A stretch of 43,871 nt of DNA. Origin: a virus (lineage: Duplodnaviria > Heunggongvirae > Uroviricota > Caudoviricetes). The position numbers and the translations under genes are program-made. Below are positions 24,874-32,643 of this stretch, one piece after another. Each line of letters opens with the position of its first letter. Position 1 is the stretch's first letter. The stretch is taken from the IMG/VR virus record IMGVR_UViG_3300001282_000006; one strand, written 5' to 3'. The notes beneath the pieces were generated by a model. The model worked only from the letters and a program-made list of their open reading frames with translations. It was not told the DNA's origin and did not search any database.

Positions 24874-26346
24874 ATGAAAAACATCGTAACAAGAATCGCA
24901 CCCTCACCAACTGGACCTTTTGCTCATATTGGTAATGTAAGAACACTATTATATAACTACTTTCTTGCTAAGAAAAGTGGTGGTAAATTCTTTGTGAGAT
25001 TGGAAGACACCGACAGAGACCGTTATACGGCTTCGTTTCTAACATATTTCAAAGATATGTGTGATTGGCTTGGTATAGTACCAGATGGTTCTTATTGGAA
25101 CCCAGATCCTTCTATCGGCTCTTTCACTCAATCAACAAGAGATTATTCTGATAAAGTTAAATTTTTATTAGATAACGAATTTGCTTATTATGCTTTTGAT
25201 TCTAAAGATGATTTAGACTTGGCTCATAAAACAATTCCTAACTTCAAATACGATGCTACAACTCGTATGACTATGAAGAACTCATTAACAATGACTAAAT
25301 CGGATGTTGATGCGGCTATTGCTACAGGTAACTATGTTATTCGTTTTGCTGTAACTCCAGATGTTGATGTTGTAATCAACGATGCTATTTTAGGAGATAT
25401 CACAATCAGTACTAATACTTTAGATGATAAAGTTTTGATTAAGTCAAATGGTATTGGTTCTTACCACCTTTGTAATGTTTGTGACGACCACGATATGGGT
25501 GTTACTCACGTTCTTAGAGGTAACGAGTGGGTAAACTCAACTCCTTTCCATGTTATTCTTTACAAGGCTTTTGGTTGGGATGTTCCAACATTCGCTCATC
25601 TACCTTTAATTATGAATCCAGATGGTAAAGGTAAGTTGTCTAAGAGAACTGCTATGAAGTATGGTATTCCAATTGCGCCACTTGGTTACACTGACGAAAA
25701 CGGTGTTTACAATGATGGTTGGAAAGATTTAGGTTTTGACCCAAAAGCATTTATGAACTATCTTGCCTTAATTGGTTGGAATCCAGGTGCTGAAGTTGAA
25801 ATTATGTCTATGGATGATATGATTAACTCATTCTCTTTAGATAGAGTTCACAAGGCTGGGGCTCGTTTCGATATGGATAAAGCAAAGTGGATGAACTCAC
25901 AATATCTTAAATTAACAGACAATAAAGACTTAATGCCTTATGTCCATGTAGTTGATGATAGATACTCTGATGATAAGTTAGATGCTATTGTTTCATTGGC
26001 TAAAGATAGAGCTGACTTCAAAACTGACTTAAACAAAATTGTTAAATTGTTCTTTGATTTACCAACTATCGATGATAGAAGTAAGTTAGATGATAACTAT
26101 ACAAAAGTTATGTCAGACTTCATCAATAAGATTGATACAATCAACTTTGATGATACGAACTCAATCAAAGACACTATCTCAGCAATCTGTAATGATTTAG
26201 GTGTTAAGATGGGTAAAGTAATGCCTGGTTTAAGAATGGCTTTAGTATCTGGTATTGCGGGTCCGGACTTAATGACAACAATGTCAATTTTAGGTAAAGA
26301 CCAAACTAAGTTGAGAATTAACAACTCGATTGTAGTAATGGCTTAA
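24874..26346 (+). CDS. gltX: Glutamate--tRNA ligase
   Basis: RIAPSPTG..HIGN, RLEDTD, THVLRGNEW, FAHLPLI, KLSKR, C-terminal anticodon domain. Confidence 0.95.
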   Translation: MKNIVTRIAPSPTGPFAHIGNVRTLLYNYFLAKKSGGKFFVRLEDTDRDRYTASFLTYFKDMCDWLGIVPDGSYWNPDPSIGSFTQSTRDYSDKVKFLLDNEFAYYAFDSKDDLDLAHKTIPNFKYDATTRMTMKNSLTMTKSDVDAAIATGNYVIRFAVTPDVDVVINDAILGDITISTNTLDDKVLIKSNGIGSYHLCNVCDDHDMGVTHVLRGNEWVNSTPFHVILYKAFGWDVPTFAHLPLIMNPDGKGKLSKRTAMKYGIPIAPLGYTDENGVYNDGWKDLGFDPKAFMNYLALIGWNPGAEVEIMSMDDMINSFSLDRVHKAGARFDMDKAKWMNSQYLKLTDNKDLMPYVHVVDDRYSDDKLDAIVSLAKDRADFKTDLNKIVKLFFDLPTIDDRSKLDDNYTKVMSDFINKIDTINFDDTNSIKDTISAICNDLGVKMGKVMPGLRMALVSGIAGPDLMTTMSILGKDQTKLRINNSIVVMA

Positions 26347-26348
26347 AA

Positions 26349-26380
26349 GAAAAAACCTCTGATTTCTCAGAGGTTTTTTT
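26349..26380. terminator. Bidirectional terminator
   Basis: aaaaaacctctga-tttc-tcagaggttttttt. Confidence 0.88.
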
Positions 26381-26383
26381 ATA

Positions 26384-28669
26384 TTATTCATATAGTGGGA
26401 ATTTCGGAAGATATAATCTTGTAGTGGCATTATCTGCGAAGACAAGATATTTAGAATCGTCTCTAATAATATATTGATTACATATTTTATTATGTTGGTT
26501 AGCCGGAATAGTTTCCATAAATAATCTAATGTTAGTAACTGACATATCAGAAGCAAGAATTTGACAAGTAACATTACGTTCAATTTGATAAGTGATAGGT
26601 GTGATATCTTGTGAACCTTGATAAACTTTTCTAAGTATTGTAGAGGATAAGCTAGCAGCATCATTTTCATCATCAACATTTCTCTTATAAACATGATGTT
26701 CTAGTTTTCTATTTCTTTGATCTACATTAAGAACATAGCAATACCAAACATCTTCTTCAAATGCCATATTTTGGTCTGATGGATAACCCATTAAATCATA
26801 AGTATAAGTATCTGAGTTTAATTTAACTTGAATAGCATCATTTGATAAATCAACTTTCCAACCTAATGAGTTAGTAGCATCATAGTAATCCATGAAGTTA
26901 TAAACCTCATTAGTAATATAGTTATTAATTTTAAACCAAATTTGATATCCAATGTTATCAGATACTCTTAATAAAGGATCAAAGTTTTTATATTTAACAG
27001 CGACTTGTCCATAATCAACAGATGAAAGATCATAATGAGCTTTACTAATAATAGTTGAAGAGTTTTCAATTAATTCTTTATCAATTGTGGCTTTGTATTC
27101 TAATCTAATAGTTTCTTTTGTTAAAGGAGCAAATTGGTCCTTGTTAGCAATTGAAGCTTTATCTTGAGCATTTTCGATTCCAAATAATTCATTGATAGTA
27201 GAATTCTTAGTAAGTTGTTGTAACTTGTTTTGAATCTCTTGAGTACCAGCTTTGACATTGGCTTTCTGAGTGTATTTTTTCAGAACAAGTTTGTAGTAAA
27301 TTGCTGAGTTATTAAAATTTCTAAATTGTTGAGCGTGGTCAACTTGGAACATTCTATTAACATCACAGAAATATAAGAAGTCTTCTTTAGAAGGTCTTCT
27401 CTGTGGTCCAAATATTTCCTTAAATTGTTTTTTTGTTATATGAACATTCATAGATTCAAAAAGACTTAAATCAAATTGATTCATTACAATTTGAGAATCT
27501 GGGAAGTTATTACCATCAACCGATACTTTAATATTACCTTCACAAACAACATTATATAATTGATATTCATGCATGGTGTGGTCTTGACCTCTTTTATCAG
27601 GATCAGTAACAAAGTAAATAACTTTATGTCCAAATACTTGTTCAGCATCAGCACTTAATTTATTCAATAAATCCATAGCTGTATTTTGTTTGTATGGGTT
27701 AAATAAATTTGCTTTATCTTGATCATTCATTTGAGGTAGCGTAGAACCAGCACCCGTTGTATCACAAGCACCACCTGAGTTTGATATACCACCACCAACT
27801 CCATTTCCAGAACCGTTTGTATTATTAGCTGGTACAAAATTACCACTAGCATCAGTATATCCGGTTAAGTTTGATTGACAACATTCTCTAATACCATATA
27901 AATTAGTTTTGAAATAATCTTTACTTACATTTTGAAAATCACCTATTAAGTTAATATCTTGTATTCCTACAGTAGATGATGTATTATTAGTAATAGAGTA
28001 TTCAATTTGAAAAAATCTAATTGGATTAATTCTAGTTGTACTTATGTTTTCTTTTGTGAATGGTTCCCAATTAGACCATGTTCTTGAATTATCTTGAGAG
28101 AATCTATATTTAATATCAACACCTGTAAGACTTGTCGGTGCTATTACTTCTACATCAGTTATGTCAAATACTTTATAAATAAAAGGTGCTGACCAAATTG
28201 TATTTTCACCTGGTGTTAAATTAACAGTACTAATACCGTCGCCCGCACTTTCAAACATTGTTCTTTCTAAAGTACCATTAATTGAATATTCTAATATTCT
28301 AATAGCACCAACTTGAGAAGAACCGCCTCTAACCCATTTAATATCTAAGTATAAAGGATCTCTTGGATCAACTGTGGGAAAGTTATCAATGTTTCTTTTA
28401 AGGTCTAACCAATCAGTCCAAGCATTACCATCTCTAGAAATACGATAATAATTTTTTAAGAATCTTGTATCTGTTAAACCTAAAGTATCATATTTAAAAT
28501 TGGTTAATTGACTAACATTTTGTAAATTTACAAAACTAATTATGTATTCTGATTCAACTGTATTAAAATATGGAGTCGCATCAACAGCATTTACTGATGC
28601 GTTTATATCAAACTTATCCGATATAAGAAGAGTACCATTTTCTAAATTTGAAACTATTTGTTGAGACAT
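26384..28669 (-). CDS. Enlarged T4 gp14-like neck/head-completion protein with N- and C-terminal beta domains
   Basis: Central FGHKVIYF...NQFDLSLFESMNVHITKKQFKEIFG...PSKEDFLYF....RMFQV matches the gp14 pattern (FG....D...L.I....F......P.EGDLIYF....LFEI); upstream TAATATATA. Confidence 0.65.
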   Translation of the reverse strand: MSQQIVSNLENGTLLISDKFDINASVNAVDATPYFNTVESEYIISFVNLQNVSQLTNFKYDTLGLTDTRFLKNYYRISRDGNAWTDWLDLKRNIDNFPTVDPRDPLYLDIKWVRGGSSQVGAIRILEYSINGTLERTMFESAGDGISTVNLTPGENTIWSAPFIYKVFDITDVEVIAPTSLTGVDIKYRFSQDNSRTWSNWEPFTKENISTTRINPIRFFQIEYSITNNTSSTVGIQDINLIGDFQNVSKDYFKTNLYGIRECCQSNLTGYTDASGNFVPANNTNGSGNGVGGGISNSGGACDTTGAGSTLPQMNDQDKANLFNPYKQNTAMDLLNKLSADAEQVFGHKVIYFVTDPDKRGQDHTMHEYQLYNVVCEGNIKVSVDGNNFPDSQIVMNQFDLSLFESMNVHITKKQFKEIFGPQRRPSKEDFLYFCDVNRMFQVDHAQQFRNFNNSAIYYKLVLKKYTQKANVKAGTQEIQNKLQQLTKNSTINELFGIENAQDKASIANKDQFAPLTKETIRLEYKATIDKELIENSSTIISKAHYDLSSVDYGQVAVKYKNFDPLLRVSDNIGYQIWFKINNYITNEVYNFMDYYDATNSLGWKVDLSNDAIQVKLNSDTYTYDLMGYPSDQNMAFEEDVWYCYVLNVDQRNRKLEHHVYKRNVDDENDAASLSSTILRKVYQGSQDITPITYQIERNVTCQILASDMSVTNIRLFMETIPANQHNKICNQYIIRDDSKYLVFADNATTRLYLPKFPLYE

Positions 28670-28785
28670 AACTTATATATTAAAAAAGTAATTTCAGATA
28701 TTATTTAAATTAATTCTTAATAAATTTGGATATTGTGGATAACCTCCGTATATTTGTATATAAGTAGAAAAAAACTATAGACAAG

Positions 28786-30036
28786 ATGAACATTAAAGAT
28801 AAATTTCTAGAACTAACAAGTAGAACATACCCTCACGGAACTGAGGAAGATGTTTTTCCTTTGTTAAATTCAGAATTACAAAAAGACGAGTTTGGTAACT
28901 TATTTATCAAGATTGGTGAGAGCGATGTAATGTTTACTTCTCACTTAGATACTGCTACATCAGCACTTACTCAAGTTAATCACGTTTTTGACGGTAAGAT
29001 TATCAAGACTGATGGTAAATCAATTTTAGGAGCAGATGATAAAGCTGGTGTAACAATTATGCTTTATATGATTGAAAACAAAATACCAGGACTTTACTAC
29101 TTTTTCTTAGGTGAAGAAGTTGGTTGTGTTGGTTCAAGAAAAGTTGCCAATGTTCAGAAAGACCAAAAGATTGAAGGTATCAACAAAGTAATTTCATTTG
29201 ACCGTAGAGGTAATGATTCAGTTATTACTTTCCAATCTTCTCAAAGATGTTGTTCAGATGTTTTTGGTGAGGCTTTATCAAAACAATTAAACTTGGCCGA
29301 TGATTCTTTCTCATACAAAAATGACCCAACTGGTATCTTAACTGACTCTGTTCAATTTATTAAAATCTATTCTGAGTGTACTAATATCTCTGTAGGTTAT
29401 CGATCAGAACACACATTCTCAGAACAACAAGATATCGAACACTTGACCAAATTGGCTGAGGCTTGTTTATTAGTTGATTGGAATGGTTTACCTGTTGATA
29501 GAGATCCTTCTAAAACTGAATACAAATCATACGGTGGTGGATACGGATGGGATGAATGGGATGATTATTACTCAGGTGGTGGTGTAGGCGCATCAAGATG
29601 GAATAATAACATCACTAAAAAATATGAGCCTAGAACTGATAAAGTTTGGTTCCACGATAAAAAATACAACTACGTTTCTAATGTAGAGATTGATTCTTTA
29701 ACTAAGAAAGTTGTATCAGTTGACTTGTGTAAAGAACGTGTTGATTATGAATCAATGATTATTAATAACTTATTAAAATCTTTAGATTTACAATACAACT
29801 CTTGTGAGTGGGATGGTTTCAAGTTGAAAGTTGATTATAAACAAGATGCTGGTAACCACACAACAGAGTGTAACCGTAACGACTTGTTAGAGTACTTACC
29901 AGAATTGGATTACTCAAAAGGTGACGACTTAGGTTCTGATAGTTTAGATAACTACTACAACACAGTTGCTTATCAAAGAGACCAAGAACAAACAAGAGGC
30001 GAAGACTTGTACAGAGGCTACGCTGACTTTGACTAA
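28786..30036 (+). CDS. M20/M28-family zinc peptidase with C-terminal extension
   Basis: SHLDT, LGADDKAG, GEEVG, ISFDR, NISVGY..EH. Confidence 0.85.
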   Translation: MNIKDKFLELTSRTYPHGTEEDVFPLLNSELQKDEFGNLFIKIGESDVMFTSHLDTATSALTQVNHVFDGKIIKTDGKSILGADDKAGVTIMLYMIENKIPGLYYFFLGEEVGCVGSRKVANVQKDQKIEGINKVISFDRRGNDSVITFQSSQRCCSDVFGEALSKQLNLADDSFSYKNDPTGILTDSVQFIKIYSECTNISVGYRSEHTFSEQQDIEHLTKLAEACLLVDWNGLPVDRDPSKTEYKSYGGGYGWDEWDDYYSGGGVGASRWNNNITKKYEPRTDKVWFHDKKYNYVSNVEIDSLTKKVVSVDLCKERVDYESMIINNLLKSLDLQYNSCEWDGFKLKVDYKQDAGNHTTECNRNDLLEYLPELDYSKGDDLGSDSLDNYYNTVAYQRDQEQTRGEDLYRGYADFD

Positions 30037-30039
30037 TAT

Positions 30040-30061
30040 GAGCCGGGAAACCGGCTCTTTT
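30040..30061 (+). terminator. Intrinsic terminator
   Basis: gagccgg-gaaa-ccggctc-tttt. Confidence 0.8.
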
Positions 30062-30208
30062 AATATTGATTGTATGTTTACATTTATTAAAAAGAGAAAG
30101 TTAAAAAGAAAAGTCTTTAATGAGTTTAAAAAAGCTCAAACTGAAAAAAATTATGAAAAGATTGATATCTTAGGTAAAAGATATTTAAAAATAAAATAAA
30201 TAAAATCA

Positions 30209-30619
30209 TTGAATAAAGAAGTTGAAATATTAAAGATAGGTTCTATTATACCAACTGAAGGTAGAGATACTATTATGGTTGTCTTTGATGGTGGTACTAT
30301 TTTTGACCACTATGTTTCTATTCTAAAAGAAAAATGTGGGGATGAATATAAATATCTAAAAACTCAACAATCTATTGTTGGAACACCAAGTGATCGTCCT
30401 GATAGATTTTCTAGATTTGATAAACCATCTAATACATTAAAAGGAATACAAAATAAAGAACCAAAGATAGGTGAGTCTTATGGTGTAGTAAATTGGTACA
30501 CATCAACTGTTAATAAAATAATAGATGATAATATTCTAATTACAAGAAATTCAGTTTATGCTATTCATGATATTTCTAAATTAAGAGATAAAATATTAAA
30601 TGACTTAGGTATAAACTAA
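30209..30619 (+). CDS. Hypothetical protein
   Basis: 136 aa ORF, TTG start, translationally coupled to the next gene. Confidence 0.6.
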   Translation: MNKEVEILKIGSIIPTEGRDTIMVVFDGGTIFDHYVSILKEKCGDEYKYLKTQQSIVGTPSDRPDRFSRFDKPSNTLKGIQNKEPKIGESYGVVNWYTSTVNKIIDDNILITRNSVYAIHDISKLRDKILNDLGIN

Positions 30620-30999
30620 TGAAACCATTAAGAATAAGTTTTGATTTTGATTGTACGTTAGGTGAGACTATCATCCAACGTAAGGCTAGTTTATTAATAA
30701 ACTCAACTGAATATTCGGATATATTTATCATCACTGCTAGATGTGAAGGTAGAAATCATAATAGAGATCTTTATTCAGTTGCTAATCGATTGAGAATACC
30801 TGATGAAAATATTTATTTCACTGAAGGTAGTTGGAAGTGGAGAAAAATAAAAGAATTAGAAATAGATATACACTTTGATGATGTTCCAGAAGAGTGTGAG
30901 TTAATATCTAAAAATACAAGTTGTATACCACTTTTAATTTGGGATGAATCTTGTAAAGATTCAATTAAACATGATTCTTTTGGTAAAGGAATTTACTGA
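30619..30999 (+). CDS. HAD-superfamily phosphatase-like protein
   Basis: ISFDFDCTL, IITAR, K, HFDD. Confidence 0.75.
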   Translation: MKPLRISFDFDCTLGETIIQRKASLLINSTEYSDIFIITARCEGRNHNRDLYSVANRLRIPDENIYFTEGSWKWRKIKELEIDIHFDDVPEECELISKNTSCIPLLIWDESCKDSIKHDSFGKGIY

Positions 31000-31080
31000 A
31001 AAAATAATAAACTAAATTTTAATTAAGTATATAACAAGTGGTAATAATACCAAAAAATAAAAATAAACAAGAATAAAAGA

Positions 31081-31272
31081 ATGAAAACAGGAACAGTAAA
31101 GTTCTACAATGAAGCTAAAGGATTTGGTTTCATCACAGACGAAAACGGAACGGACGTGTTTGTACACGCTACAGGACTAAACGATGAAATCAGAGAAAAC
31201 GATTCAGTTAACTTTGAAGTAACAGAAGGTAAAAAAGGATTAAGCGCAGTTAATGTAACAGTTAACTCTTAA
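31081..31272 (+). CDS. csp: Cold-shock domain protein
   Basis: GTVKFYNEAKGFGFIT..DVFVH..V.FEV.EGKKG..A.NV. Confidence 0.95.
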   Translation: MKTGTVKFYNEAKGFGFITDENGTDVFVHATGLNDEIRENDSVNFEVTEGKKGLSAVNVTVNS

Positions 31273-31295
31273 TATATTTTTAGTACTAAAGAATT

Positions 31296-31327
31296 AAAGC
31301 CCTTAGATTTTTATCTGAGGGTTTTTT
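31296..31327 (+). terminator. Intrinsic terminator
   Basis: aaagcccttaga-tttta-tctgagggttttttg. Confidence 0.75.
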
Positions 31328-31351
31328 GTTTTAAAAATTAATATATAATCT

Positions 31352-31720
31352 ATGAAATATTTACAATCAATAAATGAATATCAAAGAACCGTAGGATTCA
31401 GATATTCTGAACCAAAAGAATCTTATAATATTGACATATTATTAAGAGGTGAAGATATCACTGAAGATAAAATAATCTTAGGTTTATCTAAAGTTAGTGA
31501 GTTGTTTTACGACCAAGAGTCTGTTGAAGTTAATATTCTTGATGAAGGAACTGTTGCTGAGTTAGAAGATGGTGCTGTTGAAATAGATGCTGTTGCTCAT
31601 TTTAACATTACTGTTTATAATGAAAGAGAAATACTTACTATAGTTGAAGAACTAGGTAGAAAATTAACACCTTTTAATATTGAAATATTAGATTTCAAAT
31701 CAAAAGAAAATTTCAAATAA
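31352..31720 (+). CDS. Hypothetical acidic protein with MKYLQSINE N terminus
   Basis: 122 aa; upstream TAATATATA. Confidence 0.7.
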   Translation: MKYLQSINEYQRTVGFRYSEPKESYNIDILLRGEDITEDKIILGLSKVSELFYDQESVEVNILDEGTVAELEDGAVEIDAVAHFNITVYNEREILTIVEELGRKLTPFNIEILDFKSKENFK

Positions 31721-31732
31721 AAATAAAAAATA

Positions 31733-31810
31733 TTTGACAAATTAAAACTTTGTTGTATATTTGTATAAAATAAGAACAAAAGGAAGAAATCCTTTTTAAT
31801 ATATACTGAA
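31733..31810 (+). promoter_or_regulatory. Dual-promoter cassette upstream of leader 3
   Basis: TTTG (31733), TATATTTG (31756), TAATATATA (31798). Confidence 0.78.
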
Positions 31811-31909
31811 ATGAAAAACTTAAACTTAAATATCGTTAACCCGCAACCACAAGTTGTAATCGATCAGGATCCTGATACGAAAGGGGCTAACTATGTGGTT
31901 TTAAGTTAA
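31811..31909 (+). CDS. Leader peptide 3, MKNLNLNIVNPQPQVVIDQDPDTKGANYVVLS (Pro/Gln/Asp sensor)
   Basis: CCG CAA CCA CAA ... GAT CAG GAT CCT GAT; GGCTAACT (31885-31892) pairs with AGTTAGTC in the terminator arm. Confidence 0.8.
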   Translation: MKNLNLNIVNPQPQVVIDQDPDTKGANYVVLS

Positions 31910-31933
31910 GAAAATATTTAACTATGAAACATT

Positions 31934-31966
31934 ACCCAGTTAGTCGAAAGATTAACTGGGTTTTTT
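31934..31966 (+). terminator. Intrinsic terminator of attenuator 3
   Basis: acccagttagtc-gaaa-gattaactgggt followed by a T run. Confidence 0.9.
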
Positions 31967-31981
31967 GTTTTTAGTAAAAAA

Positions 31982-32055
31982 CGGGTAGTGACTAAGGTTT
32001 TAAGCACGGGGGCTCTGGAGGCTTCAGTTAGTCGGTTCGATTCCGACCTACCCGA
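31982..32055 (+). tRNA. Atypical tRNA, anticodon CTG (Gln) or TGG (Pro) depending on register
   Basis: Perfect acceptor cgggtag/ctacccg and T arm; anticodon region ggggg-ctctggag-gcttc. Confidence 0.6.
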
Positions 32056-32098
32056 CAAAATACTCTTTAGAGAATAGAGTAAAAGAATTCTCAAATAC

Positions 32099-32171
32099 GG
32101 ATGTGAGGTCAAACGGTTAAGATGTCTGCCTGTCACGCAGTTCGGAGCGGGTTCAACTCCCGTCACGTCCG
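32099..32171 (+). tRNA. tRNA-Asp (GTC)
   Basis: ctgc-ctGTCac-gcag; G73. Confidence 0.9.
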
Positions 32172-32177
32172 CAAATT

Positions 32178-32248
32178 GGTCCTGTAGTTAAACGGCTATA
32201 ATGTCGCCCTGCACGGCGAAGTTCGGAGTTCGATTCTCCGTGGGACCG
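32178..32248 (+). tRNA. tRNA-Asp-like gene with 6-nt anticodon loop (ctgcac)
   Basis: Asp-like body and G73; tcgcc-ctgcac-ggcga, one nt short of ctGTCac. Confidence 0.65.
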
Positions 32249-32253
32249 CAAAA

Positions 32254-32330
32254 CGAGATGTTGGGGAGTCCGGTTACCCCGCCTGCTTTGGGAGCAGGAG
32301 AACTCGCAGGTTCGAATCCTGCCATCTCGA
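32254..32330 (+). tRNA. tRNA-Pro (TGG)
   Basis: cctgc-ttTGGga-gcagg; C1-G72. Confidence 0.93.
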
Positions 32331-32360
32331 CAAAGAAACAAAATATTAATAAATAGAATT

Positions 32361-32411
32361 ATGAAAACAACATCACAATACCAACAACAACAAATTAATC
32401 GAACAGATTGA
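32361..32411 (+). CDS. Leader peptide 4, MKTTSQYQQQQINRTD (Gln sensor)
   Basis: Five CAA codons; CAGATTGA (32404-32411) is the exact complement of TCAATCTG in the terminator. Confidence 0.85.
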   Translation: MKTTSQYQQQQINRTD

Positions 32412-32439
32412 TAACGGTATCGTATTGTTAAAACTTTAC

Positions 32440-32474
32440 AAACCCTATTCAATCTGATTGAATAGGGTTTTTTT
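32440..32474 (+). terminator. Intrinsic terminator of attenuator 4
   Basis: aaaccctattcaat-ctg-attgaatagggttt followed by a T run. Confidence 0.9.
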
Positions 32475-32476
32475 AT

Positions 32477-32548
32477 TGCTCCATAGTATATGGGTGATCA
32501 TATCTGTCTTTGAAACAGATGAGCTTGGTTCGAGTCCAAGTGGAGCAA
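32477..32548 (+). tRNA. tRNA-Gln (TTG)
   Basis: tctgt-ctTTGaa-acaga; U1-A72. Confidence 0.9.
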
Positions 32549-32554
32549 CAACAA

Positions 32555-32625
32555 TGTCTCGTAGTGTAACGGCAGCACAGAAGATTTTGACTCTTCTAGT
32601 CTAGGTTCGAATCCTAGCGAGACAA
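32555..32625 (+). tRNA. tRNA-Gln (TTG)
   Basis: gaaga-ttTTGac-tcttc; U1-A72. Confidence 0.93.
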
Positions 32626-32643
32626 CTAAAAAATATAAAAATT

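Noticed and set aside
29966-30199. 77-aa ORF as given in the track
   Set aside because: Its 5' part overlaps the peptidase end and spans a terminator; at most a 41-aa ORF from about 30074 is plausible, without support.
32061-32081. Hairpin tactct/agagta between tRNAs
   Set aside because: Short AT-rich stem with no U tract or conserved copy; likely a processing spacer.
31918-32452. Minus-strand ORFs 31918-32166 and 32153-32452
   Set aside because: Antisense to the tRNA cluster.
8401-32474. T-box riboswitches as the leader mechanism
   Set aside because: Leaders are too short for Stem I, have no UGGNACC bulge, and contain intact ORFs with cognate codon runs.
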